Shown piece by piece: positions 39,139-50,536 of a DNA stretch of 63,896 bases (its first letter is position 1; every line of letters begins with the position of its first letter). The stretch is from assembly GCA_043732185.1 (NCBI GenBank), contig JAYTHY010000104.1, positions 1 to 63,896 on the forward strand, given 5' to 3'. Position numbers and translations under genes: made by a program. This DNA is from Fibrobacteria bacterium (GTDB lineage: Bacteria; Fibrobacterota; Fibrobacteria; UBA11236). Below the pieces are notes generated by a model, which worked only from the letters and a program-made list of their open reading frames with translations, ran no database searches and was not told where the DNA came from.

Positions 39139-39708
39139 ATGCTCATTTCTAAATGGCTACAGGAATTTACCGATGGGCAGTATTTGGAAAAGGGTGCATC
39201 CGTTCCTTGTGGTGATTGCCGTGGGTGTTGTACTTCTGGGTATTTCATTCACATCCAACCTCATGAAAAAGCCACACTGGCATCGATACCCAAAAAACTT
39301 TTGTTCCCGGCTCCAGGCTTGCCCAAGGGGAATGTGCTACTTGGCTACCGCGAGAATGGACACTGTCCAATGTTTAAGGACAATGTCTGTTCTATTTATG
39401 AAAACCGACCACAAACCTGTCGTGACTATGATTGCAGAATATTCGCAGCGACCGGCATAAAAATTGAGAAGGACAAGCCTTTAATTGCTGCGCAAATTAA
39501 GGAGTGGAAGTTTGATGCCAGGACCAAGGGCGAAGGCGTTCTTTTGAAGGCTCTACAGGCAAGCGCAAAAAATTATAAACGCAGTGCGAAAGCGCAAAAG
39601 GGCAAAAAAGCACCGACAAACGCGACGCAATTGGCCATGGAGGCATTGAAACACTTTTTAACACAGAAACCTAAGATAAGACAACACCCCCCGGATTTTC
39701 TAAATTAG
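39139..39708 (+). CDS. YkgJ-family cysteine-cluster protein
   Basis: [12 protein letters not shown]...[16 protein letters not shown]. Confidence 0.85.
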   Translation: MLISKWLQEFTDGQYLEKGASVPCGDCRGCCTSGYFIHIQPHEKATLASIPKKLLFPAPGLPKGNVLLGYRENGHCPMFKDNVCSIYENRPQTCRDYDCRIFAATGIKIEKDKPLIAAQIKEWKFDARTKGEGVLLKALQASAKNYKRSAKAQKGKKAPTNATQLAMEALKHFLTQKPKIRQHPPDFLN

Positions 39709-39739
39709 AACCCTGATTTTCAAAGGAAAGGCCCCAGCA

Positions 39740-40741
39740 ATGTTAAAAGTGTATACGATGAAAGACGGTTCCATGGCTCCCCTCAAAGGCAAAACCGTGG
39801 CCGTAATTGGTTATGGCAGTCAGGGCCATGCCCAAGCGCAGAATTTGCGTGACAGTGGCGTCAAGGTCATCATCGGCCAACGCAAGGGGTCGGCCAACTA
39901 CAAGCTCGCTGTCAAGCATGGCTTCAAACCCGTTAGCGCAGCCGAAGCTGCCGCTCAAGCGGACATTATTCAAATTTTACTTCCCGATGAAGTGCAAAAG
40001 GCCGTGTATACCACGGATATTCTTCCCAATCTAAAACCTGGCAAGACCTTGATTTGGTCCCATGGATTCAACATTCATTTCAAGAATATCGTTCCTCCTA
40101 AGGATGTCAATGTCATCATGATCGCGCCCAAAGGCCCCGGTCACTTGGTTCGCAGCGAATTCGTCAAAGGTGGCGGCGTGCCTTGCCTCATCGCCATCCA
40201 ACAAGATGCGACTGGAAAAGCCAAAGACATAGCTCTAGCGCATGCCCGCGGCGTGGGCGGCCTCAAAGCCGGCGCCATTGAAACCAATTTCAAGGATGAA
40301 ACCGAAACCGATCTTTTCGGGGAACAAAGCGTTTTGTGCGGCGGCTTGTCAGCGCTGGTAAAAGCCGGTTTTGAAACCTTGATTGAAGCTGGTTATCCTG
40401 AAGAGTTGGCTTATTTCGAATGCATGCATGAAGTTAAGCTCATTGTCGATCTCTTCTATCAGGGTGGCTTAAGCTACATGCGTTATTCGGTCAGCAATAC
40501 GGCCGAGTTCGGCGACATGGTTACCGGGCCCCGCATCATCACCGCTAAAACCAAGCTGGAGATGAAAAAGGTTCTGAAGGAAATTCAAAACGGCAAGTTC
40601 GCCAAAACCTTCTTGACCGAACTACAAAGCGGCGGCAAAAACTTCCGAGCCTGGGAAGCCAAGGAGAAGAATCATCCGCTTGAAGTAGTCGGTCGCCGGC
40701 TGCGCAAGAACATGAAGTGGATTGACTCCAAGGAAGTGTAA
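39740..40741 (+). CDS. ilvC: Ketol-acid reductoisomerase
   Basis: [31 protein letters not shown]. Confidence 0.98.
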   Translation: MLKVYTMKDGSMAPLKGKTVAVIGYGSQGHAQAQNLRDSGVKVIIGQRKGSANYKLAVKHGFKPVSAAEAAAQADIIQILLPDEVQKAVYTTDILPNLKPGKTLIWSHGFNIHFKNIVPPKDVNVIMIAPKGPGHLVRSEFVKGGGVPCLIAIQQDATGKAKDIALAHARGVGGLKAGAIETNFKDETETDLFGEQSVLCGGLSALVKAGFETLIEAGYPEELAYFECMHEVKLIVDLFYQGGLSYMRYSVSNTAEFGDMVTGPRIITAKTKLEMKKVLKEIQNGKFAKTFLTELQSGGKNFRAWEAKEKNHPLEVVGRRLRKNMKWIDSKEV

Positions 40742-41313
40742 TGGCTTCCGAGGTCAAGCCCACCGAAGCATTATTAAATGTTTCGGATTCGATTCTTCTC
40801 CTGGTTGATATTCAGGAGAAGTTTCGACCTGCCATAGCCGGCATTGAAACGGTTATTCGCAACGGGGTGATTTTAGTGCGTAGTGCCTTGCGATTAAGTG
40901 TGCCGGTGATCGTAAGCGAACAATATCCAAAAGCCCTCGGTACTACGGCGGCAGAGCTGAAGCACTGTTTGCCGTCGACCCAGATTTACCACCCCAAGCT
41001 TTGTTTTAGTGCGCTTGGTTGCGAACCTTTATTGCAGGAACTTAAGACCAAAGGCCGAAAGCAAGTGGTGCTGGTAGGTGTTGAAACGCATGTTTGCGTT
41101 TTACAAACGGGCCTGGAGCTTCTGGCCGCAGGTTATGCTGTATTTATTGCTGCAGATTCCGTTGCTTCCAGGAAGGAACAAAATCGAGATTTGGCATTGC
41201 AACGTCTTGAGCGCCACGGTGCGATTCTGGTTTCCATGGAAATGATTGTATTTGAATGGCTTCGCGCGGCGGGAACGCCGGAGTTTAAGGAATTGCAGCC
41301 ACTGTTTAAGTAA
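40741..41313 (+). CDS. Isochorismatase-family hydrolase
   Basis: LVDIQEK, EQYPKALG, K..FS, GVETHVCVLQT. Confidence 0.93.
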   Translation: MASEVKPTEALLNVSDSILLLVDIQEKFRPAIAGIETVIRNGVILVRSALRLSVPVIVSEQYPKALGTTAAELKHCLPSTQIYHPKLCFSALGCEPLLQELKTKGRKQVVLVGVETHVCVLQTGLELLAAGYAVFIAADSVASRKEQNRDLALQRLERHGAILVSMEMIVFEWLRAAGTPEFKELQPLFK

Positions 41314-41379
41314 ATGACTCTAGCATAAATGCCTTTCGGAAACTCATGGTTTCCTGATTTCGCATTGACTTTCCGCTTT

Positions 41380-41633
41380 TCGATATTCGTTTTGCAAAAG
41401 TCGCGGCCATTTGGTAACAGGCGCCGGACTTTTCGAGAGCACGTTCTTTTTTTTCGAGGTTTAGTGGCTTGGGTCGTGAGTCCCTGCCTCACCCTGTCTT
41501 CAATCTTGGCCCAGGTATTTGGGTCGACTTCCTCACCCAGCATGGCAATTTCTCGAACCAGAATCCATTCCTGAAGGCATGGGTCCCAGACTTCAACCAA
41601 CCTTGAGCCATCTGGCAGAGTCTTTATCCATCT
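41380..41633 (-). mobile_element. IS4-family transposase remnant, downstream part
   Basis: RWIKTLPDGSRLVEV...LVREI followed directly by a C-terminal-like PRKKRTCSRKVRR; no start codon or intact DDE. Confidence 0.55.
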
Positions 41634-41702
41634 TTAACCGAAAAGCGGCTGAACTCGAGGGGGATGAAATAGTTTTGAGTTAATGGACTCAAGTCGCATG
41701 AT

Positions 41703-43121
41703 CTAATCTTCGAGGCTGTAAACTATCTGTATGTTTTCTGTAATCCAAGCTAGCTTCGCGGAAACATAAACCTTGAAAGCGTCGTCGTGCGGCTTGGATT
41801 CCCTCAGGTTTTCGATCAGGGCCGCCTGGGACAGGACAAGAGTTTCTGCTTCGAGCTTCGTTCTCAATCGATCCATTGCCTGGCGGATGAGGTTTTTAAC
41901 GACCAGGGCATCCATCCGGACATTAATGAGAGTTTTAGCCTCCTCGAAGGTTAAGAGCCTCTGACCGGGCTTGCGGCCCAAGAACGCAAAGGTCCAGATG
42001 CCGTACTCGAGTCGCACCGGACCGACTGAGTCCGGATGGGCGCCTTGAAAACGTTTCTCCACAAACGCGGCTATGGCCGGGGGCAATCCGATCGATTCGA
42101 GGCAAACGGGGGCGATTTTTTCCATTTCGGCAGCCATGGCTCCTGTGGCTTTCGGAGAAACGGAATTCCCGTCGCTTCCAGGCTCACCAACCGCCTTCCG
42201 GGCAGGCACTAGTCGGACGCAAAGTTCTAGGGTATCCCGAGTGCGGAAGTCCTCGCGATGACTGTGGAAGAATTCGCGGGCACGCTGATCACGGTCTGTT
42301 TCAGCCGGAGCGGCCTGGTTTTCGATATCCGACAGGATTCTGCGGCAATCCGCAGGGGTTGGAGGGGGGGTTACAGGGCTGAGTGACAGGAATCCGAAGG
42401 GAACTTTGCGGATACGGGTCCAGAACCCTGGTCTGGTTCCTAATAAATCCAGAGCGATTCCTTCGGGCAGGGATTGGAGTGAATACGTGTTGAGTCCCAT
42501 TCGTCCCTTTTCAGTTCGGATGAGGGAGTCAAGGATAGAGGAATCGGAAGAGGCGAATACCTTTACGCGGATGCCAGCGTCCAAAGCGAGGAGGGCTGGG
42601 AAGTATTTCCGGAAACGGACTTTCAGCAGAGAGTCCGTGACATTTCCTTCGGCGAATGCGGTTTTCCGTACGGATGCAGAAGGCGCGATGGGCCCCATGG
42701 AACTCATCTCCCGCAAGTAGGCTTTTTCCAGTAGGGTCTCTAGGGTGGTTCCACGAGCCTTGCGGACCAGGGTTAGGAATTGGGTTTCGAGAAGTGAATC
42801 GAAGGAATCTGGGAGGTAGGTGGCTACGGCTGCATTGAAATCTTCAACATAAACGATGCATTCCCGAGCGGGTCGGTTATAGGCCAGGCATGGATCCATT
42901 CCTGCCTGGATTCGGAACCGACTCAGGAGGGCATTGCGTTTCCTGTCCTGCCCTTCCGCCAGATGGTGGGACAAATGTGAAGCGCGCACCTCCTCCTCCA
43001 GATAGATCCGTTCTTCGACCTCCGTGCGAACCTTTTTCGCAGGGTAGACGCTGATCTGAGCGCGAGGTATGGCCGAAAGCCATACCGATAGCAGGAAAAC
43101 CAATATGCCCGTTGTACGCAT
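41703..43121 (-). CDS. Hypothetical exported protein with degenerate PpiC/SurA-like features
   Basis: Signal peptide from ATG 43121; REFFHSHREDF, GPVRLEYG, LTFEEAK. Confidence 0.6.
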   Translation of the reverse strand: MRTTGILVFLLSVWLSAIPRAQISVYPAKKVRTEVEERIYLEEEVRASHLSHHLAEGQDRKRNALLSRFRIQAGMDPCLAYNRPARECIVYVEDFNAAVATYLPDSFDSLLETQFLTLVRKARGTTLETLLEKAYLREMSSMGPIAPSASVRKTAFAEGNVTDSLLKVRFRKYFPALLALDAGIRVKVFASSDSSILDSLIRTEKGRMGLNTYSLQSLPEGIALDLLGTRPGFWTRIRKVPFGFLSLSPVTPPPTPADCRRILSDIENQAAPAETDRDQRAREFFHSHREDFRTRDTLELCVRLVPARKAVGEPGSDGNSVSPKATGAMAAEMEKIAPVCLESIGLPPAIAAFVEKRFQGAHPDSVGPVRLEYGIWTFAFLGRKPGQRLLTFEEAKTLINVRMDALVVKNLIRQAMDRLRTKLEAETLVLSQAALIENLRESKPHDDAFKVYVSAKLAWITENIQIVYSLED

Positions 43122-43190
43122 TGCCACTTTCTTGCCTTTAAAGGGGTGGAAAATCCGGCCAAGCATCCCTTAGCCGGATTAGAGAAATGA

Positions 43191-43805
43191 TTATAGGGGG
43201 TTTCCGCCGTTCTGGTCGGCTTGGTGGAAGGGAATCCCGGAAAGCCGGCAGCTCTGAGAATTGATGGTCAGCCCCGGGTCGGCATTAATTTTCTTGATCC
43301 GCAGGTAGAAAGATTCATTTGTTCCGGAGGTGAAATAATGGGAAATCCTATACTCGTTTTGGGCCCTAGGTGTAACGAATATTCGGGCCCGGAATTGGCT
43401 ATAGCCCGCATTGTCATCGGCTAAGGCAACCCAGGCCCCAGCTGCATTCCTGGTATGGATGATCGGGTCGGAACCGGTGGACCCAGGCATCTCGCTGTTA
43501 ATCTCAAAACAGGTGCCGTAAGGGGTATTGTCGGAATTCAGGTACTGGGTGAAATAATCCACCGTCTGGGGGGGGTTAGAAGTCGGATTCACCCAGGTCA
43601 AGTAATTCCGACTGGGGAACATAGCGGAAGCTTTCGAAAAATCGATCTCGAAGTACGTTTCGAAATATTGGCCCTGAAATGCCGGAGCGTTGGACTTATC
43701 CAGAAACACTCCCGAATTGGCCGCCTCGGCGACTCCGGTCAAACCCATGGTCAAGGAAATGGCCGCAACGGCCTTTTTGCAAAGCAGAAAATAATGTTTA
43801 TCCAT
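43191..43805 (-). CDS. Secreted protein with PPC-like beta domain
   Basis: RBS AGGAG; signal peptide ending AEA; DPIIHT...LADDNAG motif. Confidence 0.7.
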   Translation of the reverse strand: MDKHYFLLCKKAVAAISLTMGLTGVAEAANSGVFLDKSNAPAFQGQYFETYFEIDFSKASAMFPSRNYLTWVNPTSNPPQTVDYFTQYLNSDNTPYGTCFEINSEMPGSTGSDPIIHTRNAAGAWVALADDNAGYSQFRARIFVTPRAQNEYRISHYFTSGTNESFYLRIKKINADPGLTINSQSCRLSGIPFHQADQNGGNPL

Positions 43806-43942
43806 TTTATACTCCTAAATGTTTTTTTGTTCTCTCAAAATACTGCACCTCAGGACCGAGTGAAAAAACATGTCGATGCAGCCAGACATAAAATATGAAT
43901 TTGTTTTAGAAGTTTGAGTTTATGAGGGTACATCTTTCGATC

Positions 43943-44160
43943 TTAGATAGCCAAGCTATTTCTGGCCTTTATCAGTCGCCCCAACCATTTTCCATTTCGA
44001 TATTACCTATCCCCGATAAGCAAATCTTCGGAAGCCAATGCGCAAATAAGTTGTTCCACCAATGCCCCTTCGAATTCTCTCCCGATGACCCGATTTACGC
44101 AGGCTCACCCTTGCGGGATTTGACCTTCTGTGTGGTGGCTTTAACCGTGGGTGTATTTCC
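43943..44160 (-). mobile_element. IS4-family transposase remnant, upstream part
   Basis: NTPTVKATTQKVKSRK, then after a frame change IGREFEGALVEQLICALASEDLLIGDR*YRNGKWL (second catalytic Asp region; stop at 44003-44005). Confidence 0.6.
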
Positions 44161-44569
44161 CCTTTATTCGTACCAGCATTGTTTAGTTTCCGCTTTTGTG
44201 TTTAGAATGGATAGAGAGTGGAGGAGAGGTAAAATTATTTCAAAAAAGCAGCTATTGAAGAATGATTCCATTGGATAGGTGAGCGAAGCTTTCCGAAAGG
44301 CATGCATCTGGAATGGGAAAACTAATAGAAATACAGAATCGGAGGATGCCTTAATATTTCATCAAATAGAAATTTAGGACTGACGAAATATTTTTTTTCC
44401 TCTATCTTCCTTTTAAAGAACTCGGTAACCTAATGTGAGGCATGGCGTTTACTATTAGGAAACATTATTTTCTGGGAGCTAGACCCAGTTGGGGGGAACT
44501 CCCCGTATTATTGAGACTTAGGCACGCGTTGAATTTTAAAGAAGAAATTTGGGACCTAAAGGAGAAAAA

Positions 44570-46294
44570 ATGAAGAAATGGATTGGTTTAGGAATGTTGG
44601 TAGGCATGGCAATGCCCATTATGGCCCAGTTGACCACCACAGAATGTCCGGTACCATTAGCCGCCTCAGATTTCAAAATGACTGAGCTGTTAAGCAAGGC
44701 AGGCGGGCCTGGTGTTTTAACAAGGGACGCATCGTTGGCGGAACCGGTACGGATGGATTTACAAGCCGTCTATCAAAATGGGGTGTATTCAACTACCAAC
44801 ATTTATTTTGTAGAGCGGGCGGGTACCGTAAAATTTTATGACGGTGCCGCCAAAACGGTCAAGGTCATGGGAAAAATCAGTGTTTGGGGGAATGCGGATA
44901 ATGCACTGTTTGGTGTGGTTCTCCACCCGGATTTCAACAACAATCGATGGATGTACTTATGGTTTTCGCCTAAGGAAAGAATAGGTGAAAATCGGCTTTT
45001 GCGATTGGCTCGGGTCAATGTAAAATCCGACAACACCTTTGATACAACTGGGATGAAGCTGCTAATCAATATTAAAGGCAGTAAAACCGATAATTGGCAT
45101 AGCGGCGGACCCATGACTTTCGATGCTTATGGAGACTTATGGATGTCCGTAGGCAATAACAGCAATGACCTGGTTAACAGCAATGTCCTGATTCTCGATT
45201 CATGCAGCGTTTTATCGAAAACCGACAGCTCCAATAGTGCGGAATGGGGGTCTTCCAATACTGCCAGTATGCGGGGGGGCTTCTTGCGTATTCATCCAGA
45301 CAGTTCGGCTAAAGGCTACAGCATTCCGCGAGGCAATTTTGGAGAATATTGGGCCGATCAATTCGACAAGCTGGGAAAAACCGCACTGGCCGCTCAGTAC
45401 CGTGATACTGCTAAAGTTTTGCCGGAAGTCTATGTCAAAGGAGAGCGCAGCAATTTTTCTATCGCCGTGCATCCAACCAAGCGCTGGTTGGCTTGGGGAA
45501 CAGTGAATACCGGCGACAAGCTGGACGAATTCAATATTACCGACCATCCCGTCTTTACCGGCTACCCTTACTTTATGGCCGACAACCAAAAGAGTTGCAC
45601 AAGCATAACCATGAACCCATTGACCCCTATGAACACGTCAATCTATAACAGCGGTGTTACCGAGCTCCCACCCGCCACACCCGGTGCCATCAACAACTTG
45701 GTGAATGTGGCCATAGGTGGACCCATTTATACCTTCGATCGCAGCTTGGTATCGGATGTAAAATTCCCGCCCCATTTTCATAACAAATGGCTAATAGGTT
45801 CCTTCAATGCCGGTATGTGGGCGGCGACTTTCGATACTACAACCATGAAGGTCACCAATATGCAAAAAGTGGACAGCACAATATTCAGTTCTTTCACTAT
45901 GCGTCACTACGTCCAAGCCATGTATGGCAAGGAAGGCGCTCTCTATATTTTAAATTATGATGGCTTCTACAGCACCGTTAATCCAGGTATCATGCGGGTA
46001 ACGTATACCGGCAATTGCAAACCTGCCATAGTGGCCACAGCACCAGTTCCCAAACGTGAAGCCTACTTAAAAATTTGGCTTTCACAGACCAGTCTAAATG
46101 TGGGCGAAAAGGGGCAGCACACTTTCAGCCTATATAAGCTGAATGGGGACCAAGTCTTCCACACTGAGGGCATAGAGGGCGCGGAATACCGGTTTGGTGA
46201 AATCGCCAAGCAAAACCATTTGGAGCCCGGTATTTATGCAGTTAAAGTGCAAACCACCCAGGGTAATTTCATTCGCCAGATTTCACTTATTTAG
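44570..46294 (+). CDS. Secreted PQQ-dependent sugar dehydrogenase (GSDH)-like beta-propeller with C-terminal sorting domain
   Basis: RBS AAGGAG; LHPDF..NRWMYL, HSGGPMTF, GFLRIHP, PEVYVKG.R; C-terminus LEPGIYAVKV. Confidence 0.85.
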   Translation: MKKWIGLGMLVGMAMPIMAQLTTTECPVPLAASDFKMTELLSKAGGPGVLTRDASLAEPVRMDLQAVYQNGVYSTTNIYFVERAGTVKFYDGAAKTVKVMGKISVWGNADNALFGVVLHPDFNNNRWMYLWFSPKERIGENRLLRLARVNVKSDNTFDTTGMKLLINIKGSKTDNWHSGGPMTFDAYGDLWMSVGNNSNDLVNSNVLILDSCSVLSKTDSSNSAEWGSSNTASMRGGFLRIHPDSSAKGYSIPRGNFGEYWADQFDKLGKTALAAQYRDTAKVLPEVYVKGERSNFSIAVHPTKRWLAWGTVNTGDKLDEFNITDHPVFTGYPYFMADNQKSCTSITMNPLTPMNTSIYNSGVTELPPATPGAINNLVNVAIGGPIYTFDRSLVSDVKFPPHFHNKWLIGSFNAGMWAATFDTTTMKVTNMQKVDSTIFSSFTMRHYVQAMYGKEGALYILNYDGFYSTVNPGIMRVTYTGNCKPAIVATAPVPKREAYLKIWLSQTSLNVGEKGQHTFSLYKLNGDQVFHTEGIEGAEYRFGEIAKQNHLEPGIYAVKVQTTQGNFIRQISLI

Positions 46295-46333
46295 CACAGA
46301 CTCAGTTAGATCACGTTCAACTTATTTTTTAGA

Positions 46334-46370
46334 TAGGCTTCACTCCAGGTTTATCCAGGTGTGAAGCCTA
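46334..46370. terminator. Inverted repeat, probable terminator between convergent genes
   Basis: TAGGCTTCAC-17 nt-GTGAAGCCTA. Confidence 0.6.
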
Positions 46371-46383
46371 GTCTTCCTGACTT

Positions 46384-47187
46384 TTAATGCTCCTTCGGCT
46401 TGGACATTTCTCTTTTCTTGAGTCCAGCCGGCACTTCAAAAAGATCCGATGAAAAGGCTTCTTTTTTCACTTCTTTCATTTCGGTTAAGAAGCTTGCTGC
46501 GCCTTCCTTGTAGGAAATAGTTTTGACGGGGATGCCGTCCATACCGTTATTGGCTTTGTCGCCGATCAGACCTTCCATATTTTTGGCGAACTTTTCAAAA
46601 AATTTTGCCATGTCCTTGAGCACCTGGTAATCCGCCTGACCAACGTCCAGGTTTTTGGCATCCGTGGTCCAGATTTCCGATTGCTTGGCCCCTTCTCGGG
46701 TGCCTTCGTATTTGTCCGTATTCCATCCGTTTACTTTGCCGCCAAGCCCCACTTTTTTATAAACAGTTTTAACCGTATTTCCGCCACCGGGCATCATTTT
46801 TGCCATCATCTTTTCCATCATTTCCTTCTGGGCCGGAGGCATGTTAGCCATTTGCTCCGTCATTTTTTTTCTGGCTTCGTCCATTTTGGAAAACATCTCA
46901 ACAAAGTCTTTTTCCGTAATTTCCATATAGGATTTGTCTTTGAGATTGATGGTCAGGAACACTTTCTTATCGGATCGGTAAATAAAATATTGCTCCGGAT
47001 TGGCTCCAGTTTCAATGCGAACTTTATCCTTGTCGATATAAATCAAGTTGGTGGTAGCCTCCGCTTTATTGCTGAGGTTCTGGAAACTTTGCGTCATTTT
47101 AATGCCGGCATGAGAAGATAAAGCCGAAGCTGAAACTAAAGTTAAAGCGAGTGTTAAACTGGACGCTGGTAAAAAAGGGTTTCGCAT
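46384..47187 (-). CDS. Secreted DUF4412-like protein
   Basis: Signal peptide; YIDKDKVRI, KSYMEI, Met-rich linker, EIW, FEVPAG. Confidence 0.8.
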   Translation of the reverse strand: MRNPFLPASSLTLALTLVSASALSSHAGIKMTQSFQNLSNKAEATTNLIYIDKDKVRIETGANPEQYFIYRSDKKVFLTINLKDKSYMEITEKDFVEMFSKMDEARKKMTEQMANMPPAQKEMMEKMMAKMMPGGGNTVKTVYKKVGLGGKVNGWNTDKYEGTREGAKQSEIWTTDAKNLDVGQADYQVLKDMAKFFEKFAKNMEGLIGDKANNGMDGIPVKTISYKEGAASFLTEMKEVKKEAFSSDLFEVPAGLKKREMSKPKEH

Positions 47188-47316
47188 GTCTACTCCTGAA
47201 ATGGTTTGCTAAGTGGTTGTAAGGGACAAATCTTTACATTGGGAAAAGTAGAAATAATGAGAATACGCCTTTTTATGCCTAACGTAACGCGGAAGCCACC
47301 CCAAAGCCGACTGATG

Positions 47317-47371
47317 GGCAAAGCAAACGGATCGGTAAAGCAAACGGATCGGCAAAGCAAACGGATCGGCA
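47317..47371. repeat. 17-bp tandem repeat, 3.2 copies (GGYAAAGCAAACGGATC)
   Basis: Units at 47317, 47334 and 47351 plus GGCA; one mismatch. Confidence 0.95.
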
Positions 47372-47489
47372 CTGGATCCTCGCTGGGTTTGGCTTGGCAT
47401 TCGCAGGGCCTGGGGCTATATTTTTGCCTGGAAATGCATTTCCAATACCTCCGGCTCCATATCCCATGGCACCGGTATAATCTAGGTGA

Positions 47490-49522
<2,033 letters not shown>

Positions 49523-49554
49523 AGTTGAAATCTTGAATTTTTAAGTTCACAATA

Positions 49555-50364
49555 GTGGGGAAGTGGACTTTAGAGACGAATGGGAAATGGATGCTGGCCG
49601 ATTTTCTGGACTATGAAAGAAAGCTCGGTACTCGATTCCTGGTTCCGCTCCTCAAATCCTTACAAATAGACCTGCATGGAAAATCCGTCCTGGACGTTGG
49701 CTGTGGATATGGCGGTGTGCTCGCGGTTCTTTCCGAAAGTTTTGCGCTAACGGATGCGCTGGGCATAGATGTAGATGCTGAGATGATTCAGACTGGGTTG
49801 AAACGGAATTCAACGGGACTGCGATTGGAAACCGGGGATTTTTTTGGAATGGATTCACAACAATATGATTTTATTTTGTTGCGCGATGTTTTAGAGCATA
49901 TCGTTGACGTGGAAAAAGCGTTGGCCAAAGCCGCCGGACTCTTGAAACCGGGCGGAATCATGTATGCCAGCTTCGCGCCTTTTCATTCGCCCTTTGGGGG
50001 TCATCAGCATAATGGATCGGGCTTTTTTTCCAATGTGCCATGGTTGCAATTGTTTCCAGAAAAGTGGTTTCGAAAAGTCTTGACCCTGCAAGGCAATAGC
50101 TATAAGACGTCAACTGGATTGCAAGCTGATATGGAAACGGTACTGCGAACCCGTCTCACTATCGGGGAATTCCATGCCTGCCTTCCCAAAAACAATCTCG
50201 GCATTAAACATTACGCACAGTATTTGGTTCGGCCAGATTACCAAATAAAGTTTGGTCTGCCTGCCATCCGGTTTCCGCGCCTTCCGGGTATCGAGGAACT
50301 TCTGTGCACGGGTGTGGAGGCGTTCCTGATAAAAACCAATGGCGATGGGTTGCCTAAAGCCTAA
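49555..50364 (+). CDS. Class I SAM methyltransferase
   Basis: VLDVGCGYG, DVLEHI, LKPGG, SPFGGH. Start may be ATG 49591. Confidence 0.9.
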   Translation: MGKWTLETNGKWMLADFLDYERKLGTRFLVPLLKSLQIDLHGKSVLDVGCGYGGVLAVLSESFALTDALGIDVDAEMIQTGLKRNSTGLRLETGDFFGMDSQQYDFILLRDVLEHIVDVEKALAKAAGLLKPGGIMYASFAPFHSPFGGHQHNGSGFFSNVPWLQLFPEKWFRKVLTLQGNSYKTSTGLQADMETVLRTRLTIGEFHACLPKNNLGIKHYAQYLVRPDYQIKFGLPAIRFPRLPGIEELLCTGVEAFLIKTNGDGLPKA

Positions 50365-50522
50365 AAGAGGGCGTAAATAAAAGGCGCCAACACACCGGTT
50401 TGCCCGGCTAGAATCAAAAGTCCTAAAAGCAGGAACATGAGTATGATTGGCGCCATCCACCAGGCTTTACGCACGCGCAAGAAAGCCCAAATGTCCTCCA
50501 AAATACCACGATTCTTAGCCAT
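50361..50522 (-). CDS. Small membrane protein, DUF5989/SxtK-like (53 aa, absent from the ORF track)
   Basis: RBS GGAG; MAKNRGILEDIWAFLRVRKAWWMAPIILMFLLLGLLILAGQTGVLAPFIYALF. Confidence 0.9.
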   Translation of the reverse strand: MAKNRGILEDIWAFLRVRKAWWMAPIILMFLLLGLLILAGQTGVLAPFIYALF

Positions 50523-50536
50523 TGATTTCTCTCCGT

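Noticed and set aside
43922..44278. 118-aa plus-strand ORF
   Set aside because: No recognisable motifs; it is the antisense shadow of the IS4 remnant.
44278..44320. c-di-GMP-I riboswitch-like GAAA hairpin
   Set aside because: Lacks the GGCAAA and GACGCAAA elements and the second stem.
44518..44535. Sigma54-like AGGCACGCGTTG upstream of the GSDH-like gene
   Set aside because: Spacing is wrong; there is no GC ten bases after GG.
47317..47371. Possible CRISPR array
   Set aside because: Units are contiguous 17-mers with no spacers, and no cas genes are nearby.
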